Below, in pieces: positions 26,954-37,873 of a stretch of 64,000 nt of DNA (its first letter is position 1; each line of letters opens with the position of its first letter). The notes under the pieces are model-generated. The model saw only the letters and a program-made list of their open reading frames with translations, did not search any database and was not told where the DNA came from. Origin of the DNA: Candidatus Saccharimonadales bacterium. Lineage in GTDB: Bacteria > Patescibacteriota > Saccharimonadia > Saccharimonadales > UBA4665. The stretch is taken from positions 510,551 through 574,550 of the forward strand of contig DATFHW010000025.1 of assembly GCA_035247965.1 (NCBI GenBank), given 5' to 3'. The position numbers and the translations under genes are program-made.

Positions 26954-27454
26954 ATGTCCGGTCTCAACCCCGACATGGTCACCACGGCCGCCGACATCAA
27001 CTTCGGTGGTGACCAGGCGTTCCGGTCGCTGTACAGCGGCGTCGGCCTCACCGGTCTGCTGTTCTCGGCCGCGATCGTGTTCGTCTACCACTGGGCCAAG
27101 AGTCCGAAGTGGGGCATCGGCACCGGCGTGATCATCGTGTTCTTCACGAACTTCCTGATCACCGGGCTGCTCATCCCGCTCGCGCTCAGCTACAACACTG
27201 GCTCCCTCAACTTCATGGGCGCCAGCAAGTTCAAGGGCCTCCTGAACATGGCCGGCATCGGTCAGGCCGAGCAGCTCGGCACGTTCGTCATCTGCGTCGT
27301 GCTGGTGTTCCTGCTGGGGAAGAAGTTCAAGTGGGGGAAGGGAGCGCAGCTCGTCATGATCGTCGTGCTACCGCTGTTCTACCTCCACTGGTTCCGCCCC
27401 TTCTGGGAGTCCACCGGCATCGACCTCGGCAGCATGAACATCCCGTTCCTCTGA
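26954..27454 (+). CDS. block B polytopic membrane protein (166 aa, about 4 TM)
   Basis: Track ORF. RBS GAAGGGAGA. Confidence 0.75.
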   Translation: MSGLNPDMVTTAADINFGGDQAFRSLYSGVGLTGLLFSAAIVFVYHWAKSPKWGIGTGVIIVFFTNFLITGLLIPLALSYNTGSLNFMGASKFKGLLNMAGIGQAEQLGTFVICVVLVFLLGKKFKWGKGAQLVMIVVLPLFYLHWFRPFWESTGIDLGSMNIPFL

Positions 27455-27504
27455 CCGTCGGCCGGTCCGATACAACTAAACAATAACTGAATGTTCGACG
27501 CGAA

Positions 27505-27572
27505 CGACGTGTCTCTGGCAGCCCCGCGGGCCCAGAAAGGACTCTCGGCACCCTGCCGGAGACACGCCGTCG
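27505..27572 (+). terminator. long GC-rich hairpin CGACGTGTCTC-TGGCAG...CTGCC-GGAGACACGCCGTCG at the end of block B
   Basis: Complementary arms of about 17 nt are visible by eye. No U-tract. Confidence 0.4.
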
Positions 27573-27772
27573 TGCGAATAGTAGATCGGTAGATCAGGTG
27601 GTCGTAGCATTGCGATGTTGGCGGCTCCTAGCGAGTTTTTTTGTAGCGGTCATTCCCGCTGCTCCCGCCTTCGATCCCATTGCTATTCGCACGACAAACC
27701 ACCATGTATGATTTTTATGCAACGATGCGACCCGTTTGGTCGTTCGCATCTTTACCCAAGAACCATAGAAAT

Positions 27773-27800
27773 AAAAAAGCCCGAGTTTGTTCGGGTTTTT
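27773..27800. terminator. rho-independent terminator downstream of mnmA
   Basis: AAAAAAGCCCGA-gtttgt-TCGGGTTTTT. Confidence 0.7.
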
Positions 27801-27821
27801 AGGTTTGAGCCGGAACAGTTG

Positions 27822-28982
27822 TTACTGAACGATGCCGCCGCCCACCACGCGGTCGCCCTGGTAAATCACGGCCGACTGTCCTGGTGTGATAGCGCGAACT
27901 TCCTCGGCTAAATCTAATCGCAATTGGTTGTTACCGGTGAATTCCAAACCCGAAACAGCCACCAGCGGCGCGCGATATCGGGTGCGCACCTGGTATTGCT
28001 CGCCTGGTTTTGGTGCATCGTTAATCCAATGCAAGCTGGTAAGCATCAAATGCTTCTTCCATAAACGATCATCCTGCAAGTCGGTAGTCACGTACACTTC
28101 GTTTTTGGCCATGTCTTTGCCCACCACGTAGTACGGCAAGCCGCCGCCCACGTTCAGGCCATGACGCTGGCCGATGGTATAAAACAGTGCGCCGTCATGC
28201 TCGCCAACCACCTGCCCGTGTTGTTCAACAATATTACCTGGTTCGGTGGTCACAAATTGCTGCAAGAATTCCTTAATTCCCACCTTGCCCACAAAGCAAA
28301 TACCCTGACTGTCCTTTTTCTCGGCCGTTGCCAGGCCTAGTTTTTTGGCCATCTCGCGAATCTGCGGCTTTTCAAAATCGCCAATTGGCATCAGGGTTTT
28401 GCTAAGTGCGTCTTCGGTCACTCGATATAAAAAGTAGCTTTGGTCTTTATTCGCGTCCAACCCCACTAGCAGCTGCGCGGTTGCGGGTAACGCGTCCGTG
28501 CGCGAGCCTGCCTGCTCTAGCGAGGGATATGCCAGCGGCATCATTGCCGACTCTGAGTCGGTAGGCGGAAGCGCGGATTGGCCGTGTTTGATGCGCGCAT
28601 AATGACCAGTGGCGATCATGTCGGCGCCGTCTTCCAAAGCCGCATTCAAAAACAGTTTAAACTTCACCTCTTGGTTGCACATAATGTCCGGATTTGGCGT
28701 AAGACCAGCTTTGTAGCCCTCCAACATGTAGTCCACGACTTTATGGCGATATTCTTTTTCAAAATCATACATTTTGAACGGAATGCCCAGTTGCACGGCA
28801 ACGCGTTTGGCATCCTGATAATCTTCTTTCCACGGGCAATCAAAGCCCGGCAGATCCTGGCTCCAATTTTTCATATACACGCCGGTTACATCGTAGCCCT
28901 GCTCTTTTAGTAACGCTGCCGTTACCGAGCTGTCTACGCCGCCGCTCATGCCAACAAAGACTTTTTGTGGTGAATGCGTCAT
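27822..28982 (-). CDS. mnmA: tRNA 2-thiouridine(34) synthase MnmA, carrying an in-frame insertion of about 30 aa
   Basis: SGGVDSSV PP-loop, the ATGHYAR and KDQSYFLY motifs, and ICFVG. There are 40 aa between HYAR and LLVG. Confidence 0.92.
   Translation of the reverse strand: MTHSPQKVFVGMSGGVDSSVTAALLKEQGYDVTGVYMKNWSQDLPGFDCPWKEDYQDAKRVAVQLGIPFKMYDFEKEYRHKVVDYMLEGYKAGLTPNPDIMCNQEVKFKLFLNAALEDGADMIATGHYARIKHGQSALPPTDSESAMMPLAYPSLEQAGSRTDALPATAQLLVGLDANKDQSYFLYRVTEDALSKTLMPIGDFEKPQIREMAKKLGLATAEKKDSQGICFVGKVGIKEFLQQFVTTEPGNIVEQHGQVVGEHDGALFYTIGQRHGLNVGGGLPYYVVGKDMAKNEVYVTTDLQDDRLWKKHLMLTSLHWINDAPKPGEQYQVRTRYRAPLVAVSGLEFTGNNQLRLDLAEEVRAITPGQSAVIYQGDRVVGGGIVQ
28498..28577. repeat. copy of the dispersed hairpin repeat module, located inside the mnmA coding sequence
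   Basis: GTGCGCGAGCC..GCGAGGGATATGCCAGCGGCATCATTGC includes a 28-nt exact match to 42641-42668. It also aligns to 35301-35365. Confidence 0.8.
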
Positions 28983-29024
28983 AACTGCAAGATATTTTAC
29001 CAGATTTTGGCCTGTTTTACCAGA

Positions 29025-29918
29025 TTACGAGCGAGAGGCGCGTTCCAAATGCTTGCGCAAAACCAGCAGTGCGTGCTTGCGGCCCAACCAAAACGAAACC
29101 AGTAGCAAAGGCAGCATGATCAGCGACGGCAGCCACAACACCTTGGTAATAATGGTGGTCGATCCGTTATTGGAGGCCGCGCTGTTACTGGACGACGTAA
29201 TTGCTCCGTTCGCCACCGCCACCACCTGCAGGTACGCCGTGAGTCCGTTTTTGTCAGTGGCCTTGATAATTACCGAGTATTCGCCAGCCGTATCGTACAC
29301 GTGCTGAATGTTAAATGTGCCTGGCAACTCCAAGCTCATTAGGGTGGTCGCCTTGTTATCACCCCAGTCAATACTTATAGCGTACGGCCCATTTCCGCCC
29401 GAAAGGCTGATCGGCCACGTGAGCGTTTCACCCGGATTCGCGCCACGACGAGCGTAGTCACTGGTTAGAATCAGCAACGCTGTACCGCTGGGGTTAAACT
29501 GATTGTCGTTGAATGTCACCCTTACCACATTAGAGTCGGGACTTGCCTGGTCGAGCGCATCATATTGGCGCACCACAAGATCGTTTTCGCCACTAAATAA
29601 GTCAATTTGAATGCTGTAACTGCCGTTCTGGCAGATAGCCGATCCCATAAAAACATTGTTGTCGAACACTTTTACCAACAGGCCGGTTTTACACAAACCC
29701 GAAACCGTAATCGGCACATTGGTAAATGTTTGGCCGTTCGTTGGCGTGGTGATAGTTGGTGGCGTTGAAGGAGCTGCGCTCGCAACCGCCCCTGTTAAAC
29801 CTGTTGCGTTATCTTGCGGGTTCGTGAGCGCTTGCGCCGAACCAGGCAGCAAGCAGAGTGCGAGCGCAGCAACAAGACTGCTCGTGATCCGCCCTAACTT
29901 CTGCATTGCTTGCTTCAT
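29025..29918 (-). CDS. secreted, C-terminally anchored surface protein with Ig-like and PKD-like domains
   Basis: Signal peptide ending in GSAQA. The segment ISIDWGDNKATT...HVYDTAGEYSVIIKATD looks like a PKD domain. C-terminal TM. Confidence 0.7.
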   Translation of the reverse strand: MKQAMQKLGRITSSLVAALALCLLPGSAQALTNPQDNATGLTGAVASAAPSTPPTITTPTNGQTFTNVPITVSGLCKTGLLVKVFDNNVFMGSAICQNGSYSIQIDLFSGENDLVVRQYDALDQASPDSNVVRVTFNDNQFNPSGTALLILTSDYARRGANPGETLTWPISLSGGNGPYAISIDWGDNKATTLMSLELPGTFNIQHVYDTAGEYSVIIKATDKNGLTAYLQVVAVANGAITSSSNSAASNNGSTTIITKVLWLPSLIMLPLLLVSFWLGRKHALLVLRKHLERASRS

Positions 29919-29960
29919 AGTTTTGTGAGCGAGCGCGCTGCAATGCGCGCTGCAACTTTG

Positions 29961-30983
29961 CTATTTCTTCTTTTTGGTTGATGTGCCCGTAGCCTTCTGG
30001 ACGATGCGGCGGTTGTACGACTTGATCATCTTTGGCAGAACCAGTACCGCAAAGGCGATCAGCGCCAAGATAACAACAACGGTAACAATAATTGGGATCG
30101 GCACAACGTAGAAGGTTTTGGTGGCGGTCAGCAGTTGACCCTTGTCGCCATAGCCCAAGTTTGCTTCAAGGGTATATTTACCGAACGACGTTGCTTTGGT
30201 ACTGATGTCGAACTCAAATCGGCGGATGCTATCTGGCAGAACGTTGCCGCGTGGTTGTGTGTTGTTGATTTCGTAGGTAGCAACTACCTTGCCGGATTTT
30301 TTGAGCTGAATCTTGCCGAATGGCTGCACTTGTACGTTACCGGTATTCTTGATGCGCACTGCACCAACCAGGTTTTTGCCGCTCGTAAAGAATGAGCCAA
30401 TAGATTCCTGATGTGTCTTGGAGTCTACCGTGCGAGTTTCCAGGCTTGCGATGCTGGCTTGCTGCACCAGATTACCAGGGACCGTTACCAGCACCAGCGA
30501 GCCAACACTTGCCGACAAACTAAGGTTCTTGCTGCTATCTACGTCGGCGGGCTCAAAACGAACCGCACCATAGTAGCCGCCAGCGTCAGCATCAGCAGGA
30601 ATGGTGATGGTCACTTTTACATCGTGCTGCTCGTTGGCCTTAATACTAAAGTCAGCCAGTGGTGACGCGTACTTTTTGAAACTGCGCAGTGGTGCCGCTT
30701 GATTGCCGTCGAGCAAAATATTTGGTGTGCCAGATTCGTCCTTGCCAGCTACAAAGTCGTTCACAACTGGATGCAGCGTAACTGTTTCCGACGACATGTT
30801 GGTCACGTACACATCAATAGTTTTACTGTTGCCAGGTTTAATTTCTAAATCGGTTCGCACCGGAGAAACACGAAGTGCGTTACCTGAACCGGCTGTTGCA
30901 GCCATGGCTTGAGCGCCACTGGCTGCAATAATTGCCAGCGCGCTTACGATGATCCCAAATGAGGCAAAAATTTTGCGTCGCAT
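29961..30983 (-). CDS. surface protein with a beta-sandwich N-domain and a C-terminal TM (DUF916/DUF3324-like architecture)
   Basis: Signal peptide, LRVSPVRTDLEIKPGNSKTIDVYVTNMS, a C-terminal TM and a basic tail. Confidence 0.55.
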   Translation of the reverse strand: MRRKIFASFGIIVSALAIIAASGAQAMAATAGSGNALRVSPVRTDLEIKPGNSKTIDVYVTNMSSETVTLHPVVNDFVAGKDESGTPNILLDGNQAAPLRSFKKYASPLADFSIKANEQHDVKVTITIPADADAGGYYGAVRFEPADVDSSKNLSLSASVGSLVLVTVPGNLVQQASIASLETRTVDSKTHQESIGSFFTSGKNLVGAVRIKNTGNVQVQPFGKIQLKKSGKVVATYEINNTQPRGNVLPDSIRRFEFDISTKATSFGKYTLEANLGYGDKGQLLTATKTFYVVPIPIIVTVVVILALIAFAVLVLPKMIKSYNRRIVQKATGTSTKKKK

Positions 30984-31030
30984 CTGATATTCCCTTTTTA
31001 AATTCTTATGTTAATCATACCACGAAAGCA

Positions 31031-32107
31031 CTAGAAGTTTGCCAGACAGACATAGGTTAGCGTTGTAGAATAGACACCCGGCGCTTCATCTTTGGTGATA
31101 TTCACAATATAACTCACCGTGTATTTTTTATAATCTTGCGCTTCCGTTGCTTGGGCAATCGACTGCCCACTTACAAATCTAAAATTATTTGGCGTGTTGT
31201 AGTTGGTAGTTACATGACCCGTGCCCGGTCCTACTGCGTCAGATCCAATCTTGGGCGTGGTATTAGCGCGCAGATTTATGCCGAACTGACTGGTGCCAAC
31301 CTTGGATGTTTGCCCCGTCATGGCCGGAATTTCATTGTTACCAGAGGTCATGGTGAGCCCACTGGCCGTAATGCTATAGCCGCTACCGGCATTTGTTGCT
31401 GCCAACAGTTGCGAACTACCGGTGCTCGTTACCGCAGAACTGAACTGGCCAAAATCTAACTGGTCACCAGATGCCGAGGAGCAGTCAAAGTTGATAATTG
31501 TGGTGCCACCGCAAAAGGTCAAATACGGCGGAACTTCGGTGCTGATCTGGTAATCAAGCCCAATAGGAAATGCCATGGCGCCGAAGTCCAAAGGCGTGCC
31601 AGTTGCGTCCGAGCTGGAATACGTGAACACCTTTAGGTAATACGACCCCATAGTAGTTGGGTTTACGATGTTGTCAAACGTAAAACTTACCGGTCCGGCA
31701 TTCGTGTTGCTGGGAGGCAGCTGCGTCATAATAATGTCGTTCACCGATGAGCTACCGGACTTCACAAAGCCCGCCGTGCCCGTCTGCGCCGTTAATATTG
31801 CGTTCAGGGCGTCAAAACCAAATGGCGCCACACAGGGGTCAATAATCAAAGCCGAGTTCGAGCAAAACTGAAACTCCATAGAACCAATGGCGCCACCCGT
31901 TGCCACGTTAAACGCCAATTTATAAGTAACGTTGTGGGCACCAGCTAACTCATTATTCATCTGCAGACTGCGCGATGTTAGCTGCGCGCCCAGCACCTGC
32001 GGTGCATTATATTGCGCCAGACTAATACATAAGCTGGAAACAATAAGGAGCCACAGTAGAATATGCGAGCGAGCCTTGCGCAAAACTAGCAGGCATTGCT
32101 GCACCAC
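31031..32107 (-). CDS. secreted beta-rich surface protein, paralog group
   Basis: Signal peptide, S/T/G-rich sequence, and a C-terminal APGVYSTTLTYVCLANF motif. Confidence 0.6.
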   Translation of the reverse strand: MVQQCLLVLRKARSHILLWLLIVSSLCISLAQYNAPQVLGAQLTSRSLQMNNELAGAHNVTYKLAFNVATGGAIGSMEFQFCSNSALIIDPCVAPFGFDALNAILTAQTGTAGFVKSGSSSVNDIIMTQLPPSNTNAGPVSFTFDNIVNPTTMGSYYLKVFTYSSSDATGTPLDFGAMAFPIGLDYQISTEVPPYLTFCGGTTIINFDCSSASGDQLDFGQFSSAVTSTGSSQLLAATNAGSGYSITASGLTMTSGNNEIPAMTGQTSKVGTSQFGINLRANTTPKIGSDAVGPGTGHVTTNYNTPNNFRFVSGQSIAQATEAQDYKKYTVSYIVNITKDEAPGVYSTTLTYVCLANF

Positions 32108-32123
32108 TGTAACTCCTTATGGC

Positions 32124-33215
32124 CTAGAAACGGCCTGTTGCGATTAACTGGTGAGTTGCGGTGTAGATACCGGCTGCGCTGGTGTTCGAAGCAGTTGCGC
32201 CGTAGGTTAGCGTTGTAACTGAGGTGTTTGTTGGGCCGCTCATGCCAGCAATTTGCTGACCGTACGTGCTTGTGGTGTTAGGAGTGTCAAGCGCGTAATT
32301 GCTGGCGGTTGAACTGTACGGTGAAGTGGCTGTCACGTTCGTGCCTAATGTAGATAAGTACAGACCGAATGCCGCGGTACCAGCAGTAATAGCACCAGCC
32401 GTAGCACCCTTAGCTGCAATAGTGTTAGAACCTGACGTTAGCGTGCCGCCCTTTAGGAAAATATCTGCGCCGCTTTGTGCATTGGTTGCCAGGCTAAAGT
32501 TGACAGTTTTGGTGTACACAGCCGAGGTATCCAACACATTGTTGGCGTTACCAATGGTAAAGCTCGGGTCGTCGCCGCAGCTTGTTTTGTACACACAGAA
32601 GGCAATGCTTTCCATAACGCGAGCGGTGATCACAATTGGCGTACCAGTTGCAAGCGCAACACCACCGTAATCTATGTAGCTACCTTCCGTACCCGCAACA
32701 TACCCAGTTGCACCGCCCGGAGTTGCGTACGTTAAGATACGAGCATAAAACGTGTGGTTAGCTGTACTTGGGTTAGTGGCGGTGGTAAGCGTAAATTCTA
32801 CAGCTGTGCCGCTGTTAACGCTTGCACCGCTTGAGTTCGTTAATGTAAGTGTACGGTTAGTGTTGAGCTGGCCTGCCGTCCACGTTCCAGCAGTTAGTCC
32901 GGTCACACCTGTAACCGTTGGCGTTCCCACTGAAAAGCCAGTTGGCTTAGTACAAGTGGCATCGCCAATCAATGGCGTCTCATCACAAAAATCTACTACA
33001 ACACCTTGAATCACGCCAGTAGTGGCAGTCGTGAATTTAACGTCATACGAGGTGCCGGTGTTGCCTGCTGTTGAGCTACTCATTTGAATACTGCGCGACG
33101 TCACCTGTGCAGCGCTCACCTTGGCGCTCAAGCTCGGAATAAGCGTAGCCACGGCCAACGCAAGCGCACTTGCGGAGTAAACGGCACGTCGCAGACGACG
33201 ATTTTTGATTTTCAT
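32124..33215 (-). CDS. secreted beta-rich surface protein, paralog group
   Basis: Signal peptide and a C-terminal AAGIYTATHQLIATGRF motif. Confidence 0.6.
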   Translation of the reverse strand: MKIKNRRLRRAVYSASALALAVATLIPSLSAKVSAAQVTSRSIQMSSSTAGNTGTSYDVKFTTATTGVIQGVVVDFCDETPLIGDATCTKPTGFSVGTPTVTGVTGLTAGTWTAGQLNTNRTLTLTNSSGASVNSGTAVEFTLTTATNPSTANHTFYARILTYATPGGATGYVAGTEGSYIDYGGVALATGTPIVITARVMESIAFCVYKTSCGDDPSFTIGNANNVLDTSAVYTKTVNFSLATNAQSGADIFLKGGTLTSGSNTIAAKGATAGAITAGTAAFGLYLSTLGTNVTATSPYSSTASNYALDTPNTTSTYGQQIAGMSGPTNTSVTTLTYGATASNTSAAGIYTATHQLIATGRF

Positions 33216-33326
33216 GGGAGGATTCTCCTTTTTTGATTTTTTTAGGAATGCACGGTTATATACGACAACTCTATCATGCTTACGCTAATTCCGCAACAAA
33301 AACCCGCACCCACTTTTCCACAGTTT

Positions 33327-34115
33327 TTAATACGTGGAGGTGGCGACCAGCACGTGGTCGAATTCGTATGCTCCAGCTGCGGTTACGTTTGAAATGTTAA
33401 ACAGATACGAAATGGTGTAATCTGTCTCGCCTGAGCTGCGCGTGGAATAGGCGATTGTGTCGCCCTTGACGTATTTAAACAACCCGCAGGTATTGTAGCC
33501 GCTGCTCACCTGGCCGTAGCTAAACGAGCTGCTGGGCACCTGAATTGGGTTGGAGCCAAAGTTTGTTGGTGCTCCACAAACAGTAGTGTTGGCAACCAAA
33601 TTGATGCCGAACTGCTCGGTACCTGGGCTAGAGGCAGTGGGCGAGGTTAACCCCGCCATCGCCGGGTGGTTTGGCAAAGTGCTCGTGGGCGGGTTTGACG
33701 CGGTCTGCACGACGTATCCGCCAGCCAAATACGTCTTAACCGAGAACGTTCCGGTAGCAGTTTTGGCGTTCGCGGTAGTTAACACGCCCAAATCAGTCGT
33801 GCCACCAGTGACAATAAACTGAATATATGGGGTGCGATCGGTGTTAAACCCACCTTGTGCCTGATAATTTGTGCTTGCCGTGTTACCCACGCCCATCTCG
33901 CCAGCCGATTGCTTAGAACAGTAACTAGAAGAACAGGCGTTCAGCTCGCCACCGGTGCCAAAATACACTTCATTCACCTGATAATGTGACGACGACGATT
34001 GCTGTGCGTAGGCCAACGGACTCATTGCCACAATCACCGTTGCAACTGCAATACCGAGCAATCCAAGCCGTCTTCTCATGCTTACAATTGTGCAATATCG
34101 CGCCAATAAACGCAA
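33327..34115 (-). CDS. secreted beta-rich surface protein, paralog group
   Basis: Signal peptide (an alternative Met lies 12 codons in) and a C-terminal AAGAYEFDHVLVATSTY motif. Confidence 0.6.
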   Translation of the reverse strand: MRLLARYCTIVSMRRRLGLLGIAVATVIVAMSPLAYAQQSSSSHYQVNEVYFGTGGELNACSSSYCSKQSAGEMGVGNTASTNYQAQGGFNTDRTPYIQFIVTGGTTDLGVLTTANAKTATGTFSVKTYLAGGYVVQTASNPPTSTLPNHPAMAGLTSPTASSPGTEQFGINLVANTTVCGAPTNFGSNPIQVPSSSFSYGQVSSGYNTCGLFKYVKGDTIAYSTRSSGETDYTISYLFNISNVTAAGAYEFDHVLVATSTY

Positions 34116-34166
34116 TCAGCTTACGCTTTTTGGACATTTTTAGTATTATAAACATAAGAAAACATC

Positions 34167-35207
34167 ATGGATCCATCAGCACTACAGTCCGACAACGATA
34201 ACGACGTGCACTCATTGGAGGGTACTGATACTGTTGTGGAGCAAGGCGCTGGGCAACCGCAACCCACGCCGAGCGGCTCCGCACCGTATGGTCCTGCCCC
34301 TGGCCCAGTCTCCGCTCCTGGCCAATCCCCGGAGCCGCCTAAGGCCAAACGTTCACTCAAAGGGTCAGTCAAAGACCTGTGGTCTCGGCTAAACATTTAT
34401 TTGCTGCTGTTTATTTTGGTAATGCTGGTTGCTGGCGCGGTCGTGATTGTACTCACCGTTAAGGGCCGCCAGGCCGACAAAGACAACGCGGCCACTACGA
34501 GCACGCAAAATCTCAGTGAAGACACGTTAAAACAGCTCGCCAACAGCGAGACAACCATTGGCAGCTCATCGCAGATCTTAAATATTGAGTCAAACGCCAT
34601 TTTTAACGGCGCTGTTTTGGTAAAGAAAGACCTGGAAGTTGCCGGGGCCATTAAAGTGAACGGTGCTTTGACACTGCCTGGCATTACCGTTTCGGGAACC
34701 AGCAATTTTAATCAGATTCAGGCGTCCACCCTGAATTTGTCTGGCGCAGCCACCGTTTCGGGTGCGCTAACTGCAAAAAATGGATTGAGTGTGAACGGAA
34801 ACGGAAACTTTACCGGCAGCGTTACCGCCACACAAATCTCGACCAGTTCGTTGCAGATTAACGGAAACCTAATTTTGACCCACCACGTGGTGGGCGGCGG
34901 TGCAATTCCCAGCTTATCCAAGGGCATTGCTTTGGGTGGCGGTGGAACCGCATCGGTTAGTGGGTCCGACACATCTGGATCGATTACCATTGCCACCGGT
35001 AGTGGACCGGGCGCCGGCTGTTTTGCAACCATCAATTTTGCCAGCGATTACAGCAGCACACCACACGTGGTGGTTACGCCAATTGGTGCCGCAGCGGGTA
35101 GCCTAGATTACTACGTCAACCGATCAACATCGTCATTCAGCGTTTGCACTGCCTCCGCACCAAGTGCCGGCCAAACCTTTGGCTTCGACTATATCATCTT
35201 CAACTAA
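34167..35207 (+). CDS. membrane-anchored protein with beta-helix-like repeats and an H-type-lectin-like C-terminus
   Basis: Pro-rich N-terminus, a TM, NG/SG-containing repeats (VNGALTLPGITVSGTSNF, LSGAATVSGALTAKNGLSVNGNGNFTGS), and a C-terminal FASDYSSTPHVVVTPIG. Confidence 0.55.
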   Translation: MDPSALQSDNDNDVHSLEGTDTVVEQGAGQPQPTPSGSAPYGPAPGPVSAPGQSPEPPKAKRSLKGSVKDLWSRLNIYLLLFILVMLVAGAVVIVLTVKGRQADKDNAATTSTQNLSEDTLKQLANSETTIGSSSQILNIESNAIFNGAVLVKKDLEVAGAIKVNGALTLPGITVSGTSNFNQIQASTLNLSGAATVSGALTAKNGLSVNGNGNFTGSVTATQISTSSLQINGNLILTHHVVGGGAIPSLSKGIALGGGGTASVSGSDTSGSITIATGSGPGAGCFATINFASDYSSTPHVVVTPIGAAAGSLDYYVNRSTSSFSVCTASAPSAGQTFGFDYIIFN

Positions 35208-35210
35208 AGC

Positions 35211-35400
35211 TGCGGGTCCCTCCTGCTCCCGTCCACTAACTTTTAGCTCGGCAATGATGCCGCTGGCATATCCCTCGCAAAAGTAAGTAGGCTCACGCAC
35301 AATTCGCGCAAGCTTGCCTGCGCTAGCGAGGGATTTGCCGAAGGCAACCTGCCCGAGTCTGTGTCGGCAAGCGAGAGCAGAAGGGCGGCAGGACTCGCAA
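35211..35400. repeat. ~190-bp structured dispersed repeat (MITE-like), copy A
   Basis: 35225-35300 matches the reverse complement of 42619-42695, with about 4 differences over about 76 nt. Internal hairpin ATGCC-GCT-GGCAT. Arms ATCCCTCGC and GCGAGGGAT. Confidence 0.8.
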
Positions 35401-35403
35401 GCG

Positions 35404-37869
<2,466 letters not shown>

Positions 37870-37873
<4 letters not shown>

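Noticed and set aside
20498-27551. Antisense or alternative-frame track ORFs across block B (for example 20498..20872, 21264..21716, 22197..22673, 25063..25761, 25619..26257 and 26478..26906 as a whole)
   Set aside because: Same reasoning as for block A. The sequences are Arg/His/Asp/Gly-rich and look nonsensical, they lack RBSs, and they overlap the plus-strand series, which is SD-preceded and translationally coupled.
20395-27572. Prophage or integrative element interpretation of block B
   Set aside because: I recognised no integrase, terminase, portal, capsid, tail, repressor or replication gene, and no flanking direct repeats. A phage-derived origin of individual miniproteins cannot be excluded, but this is not an intact prophage.
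27615-27911. 98-aa plus-strand ORF at the right edge of block B
   Set aside because: It overlaps the mnmA 3' end and its terminator, has no RBS and is not hydrophobic. The region is better explained as hairpins and terminators.
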